The notes under the pieces were generated by a model that ran no database searches, was not told where the DNA came from, and saw nothing but the letters and a program-made list of their open reading frames with translations. The position numbers were made by a program, and so were the translations under genes. A stretch of 64,000 nucleotides of DNA from Eledone cirrhosa. Taxonomy: Eukaryota. Positions 39,001 through 50,852 of this stretch are shown one piece after another (position 1 is the stretch's first letter; each line of letters begins with the position of its first letter). The stretch spans positions 362,452,001 through 362,516,000 of the forward strand of contig OZ024743.1 of assembly GCA_964016885.1 (NCBI GenBank), written 5' to 3'.

Positions 39001-41195
39001 TTTACTGCAATTGGCAGCAGAACGGAAGAATTCCCAGTTCTGCAGGCAGGGGCGTAGTGACGCTGATCAGTAAAGAGGGACGAAATTAACAACTTCAGGC
39101 CCATAACTATGGCCCATAACACAGAGTTAAAGATTTTAGCCAAGGTGCTAGCGACGAGGTTGGCGCTTGTCGTCGGGAACCTGGTAGGGAAAGCGCAAAC
39201 GTGTGCAATCCCGACCAGGTCCATACACGACAACCGCCACCTCATGCGATACATCATAGAGAAGGTGGGTAGTAAACCCGGCTTCGGTAGGACTCTGATC
39301 AACTTGGATCAGTCTAAGGCATTCGATAGGGTCGACTATCGATACTTGGAAGCGGTTCTCAAGGCGGCCGGTTTCGGTCCCGTTTTCAGAGGCTGGATCG
39401 AGGCGATGCACACCAGCATCTGCTCGAGGGTCAAGGTGAACGGCTACCTATCGGAGCCGTTCGCAATCACGCGTTCCATTCGACAGGGGTGCCCTCTCTC
39501 CTCCATTCTGTATGTATTGACTCTAGAGCCACTACTGCGGAAATTGGAGCTGTTGCAGGGCATCCCTCTAGAACCGGGACTGCACAAAGCGGCCTCGGCT
39601 TATGCCGACGACGTGATGGTAATGGTGTCGATCACCTCGGAAATCGGGGTGATCGGCAACTTACTGAAAGAATACGAAATGCTAACGGGAGCAAAACTAA
39701 ACCCGGACAAGTCTGTCGGTTTGCAACTCGGTACATGGAGAAGCAAACCGATGACGTCCGACAGCATCGTTGGACGCTGGACGAACGGACCGGTGAAATT
39801 GCTCGGGGTTTGGTTCGTTCCAGACCTCCAGGTGGAGAAAAACTGAAACGAGGTCACGGCCAAGGTATTTGTGCTCACCCAGAAATGGGCAGAGTGTAAA
39901 CTGTTCTTGAAAGGTCGAGCGGAGGTGGCGAACACTTTCATCGCGTCCGTCATCTACTACCGCTTGACTGTCGTGCCTTGTCCCCGTGAACACCTCGCCA
40001 AGATGGAACGCATGCTCTTCCAGTTTCTGTGGAAGAAGCAGGCTCCGCTGGTGAGGAGATCCGTCTGCTGTCAGCACCCTTCCAACGGAGGGCTGGGAAT
40101 GCCGTGGCTGATGATGCGCAAACATGCGCTGAGGGTGCGGCATCTCCAGGTATTCCTCACCGACCCCCAATCGGTGTGGGAACCGTTTGTGAAACAGGCT
40201 TTTCGGCAGCTCGTCTCGCGGACGGCGCTGCAGTCCTGGGTCAAGAAAAGACCGAAAATGATGGGCGCCTGTCACATTGAATGCGTTCAGGCGCTCAAAG
40301 TCCTCTGTCAAGCAGGCGCAGCAATCAGTGGAGACTCAACTTCGACATTCTATAGAGGAATTGTACGTTACAAGGGCGACGACGTGCTCGGAGAGACTCT
40401 GGCGTCGAAGACGATGAGCTCACGAGTCTGTTTGGTAGGACTTTCCGCCCGAGACCTATGGACAACTTCCAGAGGTCCCTGGCCTGGCAGTGCTACCGAG
40501 GAGCTCTACCGGTTCGTGACAAAATCTACAGGCACGGACGCCCCGGCAGGGATCCTTCCAAGGGGACGTGTCCAAGATGCGCGCAGGACATTGAAACCGT
40601 CCTGCACGCAATTGTACACTTCCCGGGCGTAACCGACCTGTGGAACTATGCAGAACAACTGCTGTCGCGTATGGGACAAATCTAGTTGACTGCCGAGTCC
40701 ATAGTAAGGATCAAACCACCAGCCTCTTTCAAAAACGAAAGAGAGGCGGTTTTCCTCTGTACAGTGGCTATGGTGAAAGAAGTTATATGGAGGACAGATG
40801 CCTTTCTCTCCGGACAATTGATTCCCTTCTTTAAGTATCACTTTAGAAGGAGAATTAGGGTGGAGAGAGAGGCACTGCACCCCAGTAAATTTACTGAAAG
40901 GTGGGTGAATGAAGCGAAAATGGTCCGAGTGATTGGGCCTTCTCTGTTTATAAGCCTGTAGGTTAAAGAAGAGAGTAAAGGGAAGAAAGGGGCACTTGCA
41001 CAACACGCTCCTGAAGTTGAGGGTTGTTCTATTGACGGGGTATTAAACAACCCATTTGTGGCGCTTCCCTCCTATTGGGGATTTCGATAGTTGTAATTGT
41101 TTGTTTTATATTTTTTACACGACTGTATGTAAAATCCCCGGCATGTCTTTGTATTGTCCCCTTTTCTTGTGCGCCCTTGTGGCAAATAAAGAAAT
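36036..41195 (+). mobile_element. Near full-length, degraded Tx1/L1-clade LINE (copy A): ORF1 with CCHC knuckle, ORF2 with APE and RT
   Basis: ORF1 CFRCASTSHLKASC (36691-36732), stop at 37583. ORF2 37624-40961 with NVRGL, GDWN, YLDR, SDHK (APE) and KSPGLD, DQSKAFDRV, RQGCPLS, YADD (RT). AATAAA at 41185. Several stops and frameshifts. Confidence 0.93.
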
Positions 41196-41430
41196 ATATC
41201 TATCTATATGTCTATCTAACTAACTAGCTAGGTAGCTACCTACCTACCCACCCACCTACCTACCTATCTACCTACCTACATGTATATCTATCTATAGCTA
41301 TCTATTTATTTTAATTTATTTTACCTACGTGTTTATCTTTGGACCATAACAACAAAACCAAAGCACGAATTACAAGATAGATAGATAGATAGATAGAAAA
41401 ATAGATAGATAGATAGATAGATAGATAGAT
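41196..41430. repeat. (TCTA)/(CCTA)/(TAGA)n compound microsatellite between the two LINE tails
   Basis: Read directly. Confidence 0.9.
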
Positions 41431-44400
41431 TTATATTTATTGCCACTACGGCGCAAAAGCAGGGGACAAATACAAGGGGCGGGAGTTTACACAAAAAGGC
41501 GAGTAAAGAAAACAAATAACAAATATAAAATTAACCATAAAGTCCTCAATAGGGAGGGGGCGTTTGGGGGGTCGCACACACCCCCGAAAAAAGTGTGCAA
41601 CCCTTTCTCCTCAGGAGCACAGAGAGAGGGTGCTCCCTCCTTCCTTCCTCTTTTCCACCCACAGGCTGATATAGAGAGAAGGCCCATTCCAACGAGCCAT
41701 TCTCGCCACTTTCACCCACCTTTCATAAAAACGACTGGGGTTGAGCATCTCTCTCTCCATCCTGATCCTTCTTCCGAAATGATATCGGAAGAAACGGATC
41801 AGTTGTTGGCCAGAGAGAAAGGTGCCTGACCTGAGTCCTTTCAGACGCGTCCACCATACAACCTCTTTCACCATGGCTATTACGTACAGAAACACCGCCT
41901 CGCCTTCATTTTTGAAGGGGGGAGGCGGCTTAATCGTTACAATGGCCTCGGTTGTCAACCGGATCGGTCCCACCCGTGATAGCAGTCGTTCGACATAGCC
42001 CCACAGATCGGCTACGCCCGAGCAGTGTACCAATGCGTGTGCAACGGTTTCCTCGTCGCACACGCATCTGGGACAGATCTTTTTGGCGGGGTCCCTACCC
42101 GGGCGCCCGTGTCTGTAGAGCTTTTCTCGAACGGGTAGAGCCCCTCGGTAGCACTGCCAGGCCAGGGACTTCTGGAAGTTGTCCGTAGGTCCCGGGCTGA
42201 ATGTCCTACCGAACAGGCTGGCCAGTTCGTCTTCCTCCATGTCTAGGGCTTCTCTGAGGGCGTCGTCGCACCTGCTGCGTACCAGCCCTCTATAGAATGT
42301 CGCGGTGGAGTCTCCACTGATAACCGGCACACTCAGTGTGCCAGGGGCCCAGTTTTCTCGGTCTTTGCTTGACCCAGGATTGCAGCTCGGTGAGTGAGAC
42401 GAGTCTGGGAAAGGTTCGTCTCACAAACAGGGCCCACATCGGTTGACCGGTGAGGAATACGTGGAGGTGCTGTAGCCTTAATGCGTGTTTAGGCATCATT
42501 AGGCACGGCATCCCCAGCCCTCCTTTCGAAGGGTGTTGACAGCAGATTGATCTCCTCACCAAAGGAGCCCGCTTCTTCCAAAGGAATTGGAAGAGTGCGC
42601 GCTCCATCTTGGCGAGGGTTTCCCTTGGGCAAGGCACGACGGTCAGGCGGTAGTAGATGACGGACGCTATATAGGTGTTCGCCACCTCCGCCCGACCTTT
42701 CAGGGATAGTTTGCAACTGGCCCACTTCTGGGTCAGTGCAAACACCCTGTTCGTAACCTCACCCCAGTTCTTCTCCACCTGGAGGTCTGGTCCCAACCAG
42801 ACCCCGAGCAACTTCACCGGGCCCTCCGTCCAGCGTCCGACGACGCCATCGGAAGGCATCGGTTTCCCCCTCCACGTGCCGAGTTGCAAACCGATCGACT
42901 TGTCCCGGTTCAGCTTAGCCCCTGTGAACCTTTCGTACTCCTCCAGTAAGGTGCCGATCGCCCCGATTTCGGAGGCCGTCGACATCATTACTGTCACGTC
43001 ATCGGCGTAGACCGACACCGCTTTCCGCAATCCCGGTTCCAAAGGGATGCCCTGCAACAACTCCAACTTCCGCAGTAGTGGTTCGAGAATCAATACATAC
43101 AGAAAGGAGGAGAGCGGGAACCCTTGTCGGATGGACCGCGTGATTTCGAAGGGCTCCGAGAGGTAGCCGTTCACCTTGACTCTAAAGCAGATGCGGCTGC
43201 TGTGCATAGCAGTGATCCAGCCCCTGAAAACGGGTCCGAAGCCTGCCGCCGCTAGCACCGCATCCAGGTAACCATGGTCGACCCTATCGAACGCCTTAGA
43301 TTGATCCAAGTTGATCAGGGCCCCACCAAAGCCGGGTTCGTTCCCAACCCTCTCTATGATGTATCGCATGAGGTGGAGGTTGTCGTGGATGGACCTGGAC
43401 GGGATAGCACATGTCTGCGCATCTCCCACCAGGTTGTCTACGACAAGCGCCAACCTCTTTGCTAGCACTTTGGCCAAAATCTGTAACTGAAGTTACCTAT
43501 TTCGTCCCACTTGTTCTCGTCCTTCCTCACTAGCGTGACTACGCCCTTGATCACAGAACAGGGAATTCTCCCGTTCTGTTGCCAGTTGCAGTAGACCGCC
43601 TCGAGGAGATCGGGGAACAAGTCCGGCATAGCTAGATATAGTTCGTATGGAAGACCATCGAGACCCGGGGATTTGCGTTTGCCGCATTGGCTCAGCACGT
43701 CCTCTATCTCAGCGGCTAAAATCGACTCCTCGCAGGACTTCGCCTCCTCGTCCGAAAGACGCGGCAGGCCGTCGAGATATGGACCGAAGTGCACTTCCCC
43801 AACCGGCTCCCCGCCCCTTCCGAACAATCGGGAAAAGTGCCTTTGAAAGGCCTCACACATCTGCTTAGGTTCAAGGATCGCCCGTCCATCCTGGTCTCGC
43901 AAAGACCGGATGGTGGATTTAGTTCCACTCTTGGCTTCTGTCACTCGGCCGAACTAACAGCTTTGGTCTCCTCGTTCCCTAGAGCACGTATTTTACTTCG
44001 GACAACGCACCCTTCGTGCTTCGCGTCGAAAAACTGGCTCAAAGCCGTTCTCGACGCTAGCACTCTGGCCACGTCGCCGCTTCTAATTGCCTCTTCTACT
44101 CTATCTATCAGCTCCCTTTCCTTCCTATTCCTATCCGCAGCTAGAACCTTACTAAATTCTATCGAGACTAATCTAATCTCTCTCTTTAGAGAGCCCCACC
44201 ACCTGCTGTTGACGATTTCGCCCGTCAACCGCTCCTTAACTAAAGTACTAATCCGGTCCCTGTAAGCTTTACTTGCCGGTAAGGACAAGTTCAGCTTCCA
44301 GTAACCGGGATCCTGTCTATGCGTTCTATCAAGGTTGACCATGCAGGTCACCAACTTGTGGTCTGAATAGCCAACCTTGAGCATTTCTGGACAACTTAAA

Positions 44401-45460
44401 AAGTCCCTGTCCTTATTTCTAACTAAAAACCTATCTTGGTACGACCTAGATGATCCGCTGTGATTTGACCAAGACCAGGTTGGCACCGTCGGAAAATCTA
44501 GTCGAAATCTATCGGCCAGGTCAAATCGGCCGAGTAACCCGTTGAGGCTGTTGCACCCCTCTCTATCGGGACATGCCCCTGCATAGTCCCATCGTGCATC
44601 CAGGATACCATTCCAGTCTCCCACTAAAAGCAGAAAAGACTCCAGACGTATGAAGAAGTCGGGCCGCTCTGTCCCAAAAGGGGCATATGCGGCTACCAGC
44701 CTAAAGGCTCCACCTTCACCACTGCCAAGGTCCAGCACCACCAGTCGACCCCCTGGGTCCAAGTGAACTATCTGTGTGGCGAGACCCAGATGTTTTTGCA
44801 GCAGAACGACAACCCCACCCCCACCTCCGGGCTGACAGAGAGATGCGTGCATCTCAAAGTCATCAAAGGTCGGGGCTAGCTGTCGCACGCTGCTGATCCA
44901 GGCCTCGCAGATAACCATCACATTTATAGATCGTGACCTGAGGTCATTTAGAAGCATTGCTTGCTTCCAAGGTGAGCCCAGGCCACGCGCATTTAGACAC
45001 CCTACTCTCAGCACAGCCATGTTGGTGGTAAGGAGAAAAGGCACTTACCTCTCTGCGTCCCGGGGAGCGGGCCGCTCAATTTCCATGAGGGTTGGGGATG
45101 GGTTGTTGGGTGGGGTGGTGGTTTGTGGAAATGTAGGGGCATCAGTGTGTTGTGGAGTTGCGGTGTTTGTAGTTGAGTGGGTGTCTGGGCAGGGGGTAGG
45201 GAAATCTTTTAGGAGGACGCGGTTGATTGACTTGGTGCAAGGGGGCACACATCCTCCGTGAAATTTATTTTCAACGTTTTGTATAAGTTCATTGGGACTT
45301 TAATCATTTGTAAATGAGGTAGTCCCACAGCAGTTAGAAAGTTAGGCCCTTCAGTTTGGACCGAAGGGTTTGACGAAATTGTGTTCATTAGTTCTTTGTT
45401 GTTTGTGTTCATGTATGTATATTGTAAAGTCTTTTTTTGCGTAGCAGTTAGTGTTGTGTG
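41431..45460 (-). mobile_element. 5'-truncated Tx1/L1-clade LINE (copy B, diverged relative of copy A)
   Basis: ORF1 C-terminus (stop 45045) and ORF2 from ATG 45020 with the same APE/RT motifs; AATAAA at 41436-41441 (minus strand), followed by (ATCT)n. Confidence 0.93.
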
Positions 45461-45499
45461 TTAGCTACCGTTAGCTACCGGTGCCTTGAGAAAATAACG

Positions 45500-45738
45500 C
45501 ATTCCTCCGACAACATCTACGAGCCTTCAAGCGTAGGACACTATCTATTGAACAAGTCTGTCTGCATGAGAAAGATAAGACCATGAGAGTTGGGAAGGAA
45601 CTGCTTGAAAGATACTCACTGCGTGATAATCAAAAGTTCCCACCCAGGGAAATTGTCCAGCAATACCGCAGTGGATCCATGAGTGAAAAACTGCCTGGTT
45701 ATCAGCAAAAATCATGCATGGATATGTTGCCAGGAGGC

Positions 45739-45785
<47 letters not shown>

Positions 45786-45905
45786 ATATAGATAAGCAAA
45801 GTAGTTTATCTTGGACAAAGAACTGCTATATTGGCTCTCACTTTCAAGGATATGCTTTTGCAATCCAAGAACAGGAAATCGATACAAAATGCCTGATTCA
45901 CATGT
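45500..45905 (+). mobile_element. Internal fragment of the same R4/Dong-like family
   Basis: Aligns by eye with 59095-59465 (MRVGKELLERYSL.DNQK...; SLSWT.N.YIGSHF.GYAF.IQEQ). Confidence 0.85.
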
Positions 45906-46082
45906 TCCGCAGGTGAATAAGCTACTTGTGTTTAGCAAAAGGTAATGAAATATATTATTATTAGACAGAGCCGTAATCGGTGGCGTCTCTAGTATTGGAA
46001 TGGGATATACCTCCGTCGGCTTCAACGATGTGTATTCTAGTTTTCAATTAACGAAAATTACGCGTATGCATCTCATAATTTA

Positions 46083-47177
46083 TTTTTTTTTTCTGACATT
46101 CACAAACATTTATTTACAATAGTTTATAAGTTTGCCTATTAATCCGTATGGTGAGCAAATGGGATCCCGCTTGCTGGCCTCCCCACAGCCCCGGCGGACA
46201 GGATGGAGAAGGCGTTTTCCCGGAGGATGGTAAGGGAGATGCGCTGGAAGAGCCATTCTAACTCGCGCGGCTCACACCTGCGGCTGGCCAGCTCAGCGCC
46301 TATGGTGGTGAATAGGGAGGTAGCCCTGGGTCAAGGACATCAGAAGTCTCCACTGCCAAGGGCAAGACCGCGAACCTTTCGGAGAACGACCGGTACTTAG
46401 AGAGTTTGGCCTCCTCAGCCTGACGTGCAGCAGTACCTCGGTTAGTCGCAGACTGCACTGCAGCCTCCGTCTTGGACATGCGGTCCATTCTCCACCAGGT
46501 ACAGCTGACCCCCAAAGAGGATGTCCTCATACTCGGGTCACCGATCCACTCGCCGGCCATCCGCTCCACCATCAGGTCTAGGTTCCAACAACTCCAAACT
46601 CTCACGAGCCGACTGGGCTTGATCGACGGCCACCCAGCTCTCTTCCTGTTGAGGAACTGCTTCGCCATGCCGAAACTCCTCTATACCCTTCGCAGCGCTC
46701 CGTGCTACAGCCACGCATCTCTCCTAGCTGACCTCGATACTTGTATCCGAGCGGCAGCTGAGGAGCTATGAAACGTCAGGTTTGACGACATTGGATGGCA
46801 ACAAGCCACTTTACCTGTCAGATTTGGCGGCCTTGGCCTCCGGCCTCCGATCTCGCTGGCTTTGCCGGCGTTTCTTTCATCGGTAACCTCACGCCGCGTC
46901 CTCGTTAGCAGGGTTCTCCAAAACACAATAGAACCCTCTGTGTTCAGGGAACGTGAGGTCGCCTGTGAGACGTGGGAAAGGCTGGGACTTAGACCGGTAG
47001 ATGTCCCTCCTCCTTGTCCCCCTGCTGACGTCAAGTCACCCCAAAGCGTATGGGATGCCATTCAGTGCAGCCTGGCCTCATACAAGCTCACACGCCAGCT
47101 CGACTAACACCACCTTGCCTGTTTTCGTGCGGCCTCTAAACCCCACAGTGGTGCCTGGCTCCATGCCTTGCCCTCCT
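46083..47177 (-). mobile_element. CRE-like RLE retrotransposon 3' end with an inverted 5' segment
   Basis: Minus strand 46459->46083: AARQAEEAKLSKY...LAVETS, AATAAA and A-tail. Plus strand 46460-47177: WQQATLPVRFGGLGLR...SGAWLHALPS. Confidence 0.75.
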
Positions 47178-47995
47178 GCATGCCACCCATAAGAGCTGAT
47201 ACAAATGATATCATCATTAATTTTTTATGGATTCCAGAGAACAAATGATAATTCCTGAAAGGAAGCATGGGAAAAATTGTTTGCTGGCGAGATATCATAT
47301 TCTAACAGTGAAAGGCATGGTCAGTGTCATGAAAACATTATAAAAGCAGATGTGCATTGCTTCTCAGTTCTTCACTTCAAATTGAGATAATTAAATTTTG
47401 CTCAAAAGATTTTGTATCACTTGGTTGCCAGTCAGAAAAAAAAACATGGGGTGAAGCTTGAAATCTATTGCGGTTTATTCAGCATGACAATCAGCAGTGC
47501 TTTGATCGTATCAGGTCAACCACTGGAATGCTAATGAACTCACCCAGTTGAATAGGGAATGCCAATACTTTCATAGACTGACCAATTTTTCAGTCAGAAA
47601 GATGACCAAAATATGTTATCTCATTTTAAACCAGGAAGACAAAGACAATTATGAAATATTCTTTTCTCTGACCAACGTTATGCTCACAATCAGTGAACCA
47701 GAAGAAAGTAAGGTCTGACAGACTGAAGGCACTTGGGATAGTTTTAATGTTACACCTAAAAAGACTCATTTCTTGGTGAGAGAGGCTTCTCATGGTTGTT
47801 TATAATTTCCCCCATTCCTTCAAATGTGTGCTCAGCTGGGAACGTTTTGAATGGAATGGTGGGCAGTCAATTACGAAATGGAGTGAAAATCCACTTGAAA
47901 GTTGGAACAAACACATTAGGTCATTCCAGAGTGGGGCAGCTGCAAGAATTTGACAGCTTTCAGTAAAAGACAACATTAGAACTTGATGCCTTGCA
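47178..47995 (+). pseudogene. Decayed RAG1/Transib-like DDE transposase, C-terminal core
   Basis: Manual translation across stops and frameshifts gives ERHGQCHENII..CFSVLHFKLR*LNFAQKILYHL, GNANT, ISP...QMCA and SITKWSENPLESWNKHIRSF. Motif order is collinear with the RAG1/Transib core. Confidence 0.65.
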
Positions 47996-48662
47996 TAAAT
48001 AGTAAAAAAAAAGGGCAGAAATATAAGGGAAATAATAAGTAGTAAACAAGGTAAATAATTCTTCCAAGCAACAACATCCAATAAATTACTTTAATTTAGA
48101 CACAAAGCCAGGCAATATTCTTTAGTCGGAGAAGAAGATAGGTAGATTAAATCGATCCAGTACTTGACAAGTAATTTAGTTTATCGACTCTAGAAGGATG
48201 AACGGTAAAGTTGCTCTCGACGGGAGTAGAACTCCTAACATAAAGGGACGTAACTATATACCGCAAAGTATTTTGTATGACATTCTAACGATTACATTGA
48301 ATATGATAAAATGTTTTTTCTTGACTCTCAAGAACATTTTTCTTTCCACGTTTAACTGTAAGATATTTATCAACTGAATCCAGAGAAAAAAAAGTCACGC
48401 GGAAAAAATAGTTACAACACAGGTGTGACTGCACACATACACATACATACACAGGTGTATTGCTGAGTTTTGTTCTAATGAATAAGACTTACAAGTACAG
48501 AATTAGTTTACAAAACTTCAGGGTTTAAAGTGTGCCATATTCCTTATTAGGTTTAAATATTTGTCATTGCCTCTATCTAATTCTTCTTGGAAAGGATGTT
48601 CAATTTAGGTTTATTTTTCTTCACAACGGTGGCCTGTTTGCTGTTATTATCAATAGGGTGTT

Positions 48663-48840
48663 GGATTGGCAGTATCAGTAGAGGGTCGGACGCCATGCTT
48701 TCCAGCATAGTTACGTCCCTTTACGATCTGAGTTCAAATCCCACCGAGGTTGACTTTGCCTTTCATCCTTACGGGGTCGATAAAATAAAGTACCAGTAAT
48801 GCACTGAGTAATTGCTGGCCTTGTGCCTAAAGTAGAGACA
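48663..48840 (+). mobile_element. tRNA-derived SINE with 17-bp TSD (attatcaatagggtgtt)
   Basis: TSD at 48646-48662 and 48841-48857. Confidence 0.88.
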
Positions 48841-49849
48841 ATTATCAATAGGGTGTTTTAACACCACCAGTTCTTGTTCTTTCTTTTGTTTGACTGGTCA
48901 CTGTGTTTAATTAGTTCTTTTAGTTGTGCGATGCCTTTTTCAATTTCGTTGAATTTGGTCATAAAATTGATTTATTCTGGAGTCAACACAAGGTAAAATG
49001 TAATCGAAACATGCTTTCAGCTGTGGGAATTTTGTTAAAGGCACAAATCCAGGTGATGCTAATAAACCTCGCAACATATTAGGATTACACTACTCCAGTA
49101 AAGGCCATAGTTTTGTACAGTGGTGTTAGTACTAAAAAAATTGTTTTACATGACTCAATATACCGAATATCTTGAATTGCCATTTACTATTTAGATTGGC
49201 CAAGTTTTTAGATGGTTTATTTGTCTACTGTCGTAGAGCAGAGGTCGTGGATCTTATCCATTGATATAGCGTGTGTCTAAGGCTAAGATATTTTACTCAC
49301 AACAATCCAGTTCACTAATCTTTAAGTAAGTACCACAAGTGATGGATGTACTAACCAACAAGTGTAAGTAGCAGAGGCTGCGTTGTAGACACGACGATAA
49401 ATATATGAGTTGGACTGATAATCAAAAGGTCTACTCATGCACTGGGTAGCATGTTGTGTTCTTGAAAACTGACGATCGGCTCTCTCCTTTTTTAAGGTGT
49501 GTTACCTAGTTTTTATGGTGCTAGACTCACCATTGGAAGGTCGCGGTGTCAGTAGCTGGATCGAACTTTCTGTTCTTGAGCAAATTATTTTATTTCCCGT
49601 TACTCATTTTACAAGGAAGTGCAACCAACAGATAGTATCAGCAATAGAAAGACCAATGGAAATATTATTTACTAGATCTGATCTAATGATCATAATCAAA
49701 AATATTTTTCATAATCACTGCGGATAAACAGACTGATATCTTGGTTTCTTAACAAGAATATCGAGATGGCTATCATAGAGCTATCATATTTAATCATTCA
49801 AATTAAAGATAGCAATATAAATTTTCAAAGGGAGAGAATAAAACATAAT

Positions 49850-50035
49850 TGTTTCTACTTTAGGCACAAGGCCAACAATCACCCAGTGCATTACTGGTAC
49901 TTTATTTTATCGACCCCGTAAGGATGAAAGGCAAAGTCAACCTCGGCGGGAGTTGAACTCGGATCGTAAAGGGACGTAACTATGCTGGAAAGCATGGCGT
50001 CCGACCCTCTACCGATACTGCCAATCCACCGCCCT
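49850..50035 (-). mobile_element. tRNA-derived SINE with 11-bp TSD (taaaacataat)
   Basis: TSD at 49839-49849 and 50036-50046. Confidence 0.88.
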
Positions 50036-50274
50036 TAAAACATAATGCTTTTAAAGTTATTTCCCTTGGACCACTAAAGATTTATAAAATAATGCTTTTG
50101 ATTTTTAATAATGACTTTCTAGTCTATTTCGTGCACATGCAAACATCTACACTCCCATAAATATATATAAAAAAATAAGACTCCAGTTGCATTTTCGATT
50201 TCATCTCTTTTTCTTTATACTTTCACTCGTGTAGGACACCTCGGTTATTTTTCATTTTGTAAAAAAAACCTAAA

Positions 50275-50333
<59 letters not shown>

Positions 50334-50337
<4 letters not shown>

Positions 50338-50447
50338 GATTGTTCCCCAAATATCCCAAATATGTATACACCCTTTAATTACCTGTACAGGCAATGTTTA
50401 TTAGAATGGGGTTGAAATGTGTATACATTTTTGTGGGACATCCTCTG
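50334..50447. mobile_element. Tc1/mariner-like mini-MITE in a (TA)n tract
   Basis: Imperfect TIRs tacag..tgt.ccc...atgtatacac / gtgtatacattt...gggacatcctctgt. Confidence 0.45.
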
Positions 50448-50457
50448 TGCGTGTGTG

Positions 50458-50500
<43 letters not shown>

Positions 50501-50708
50501 ACATGAATGGACCTGTTATTTTTATCTAAAATAATTTTTCCAATTCCACCCCGCTCGTCCCTTCAATCTTTCTAATTTCGCATTCTTTCTTCTGGTGGAG
50601 GACTAGCGTCCGAAACGTTAAGACCCTCTTCCTGCTATGTCAAGCGTTAACCTAATATATTCCTTCTATATACTGTACCGATTGTGTTGTTAATTCTGTT
50701 TACCTTTT

Positions 50709-50752
<44 letters not shown>

Positions 50753-50852
50753 TCGTGCACGCACGTACATGCACACACACGCACACACACACACACGTAT
50801 ATAACTTAACAAAAGAAGTGGAGACGCGTGCGTCATAGACAATAATGTCATA

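Noticed and set aside
39489-43868. Numerous antisense and alternative-frame ORFs over the two LINEs
   Set aside because: Shadow ORFs of GC-rich LINE ORF2 sequence.
47143-47152. CACAGTG just upstream of the RAG1-like relic, as its left terminal heptamer
   Set aside because: It lies inside the CRE coding sequence (PHSGAWL; cacagcg in the other copy), and the transposase N-terminus is missing.
49850-50035. SINE heads as tRNA genes
   Set aside because: They have A/B boxes but no closed cloverleaf, continue into the SINE core, and have TSDs.
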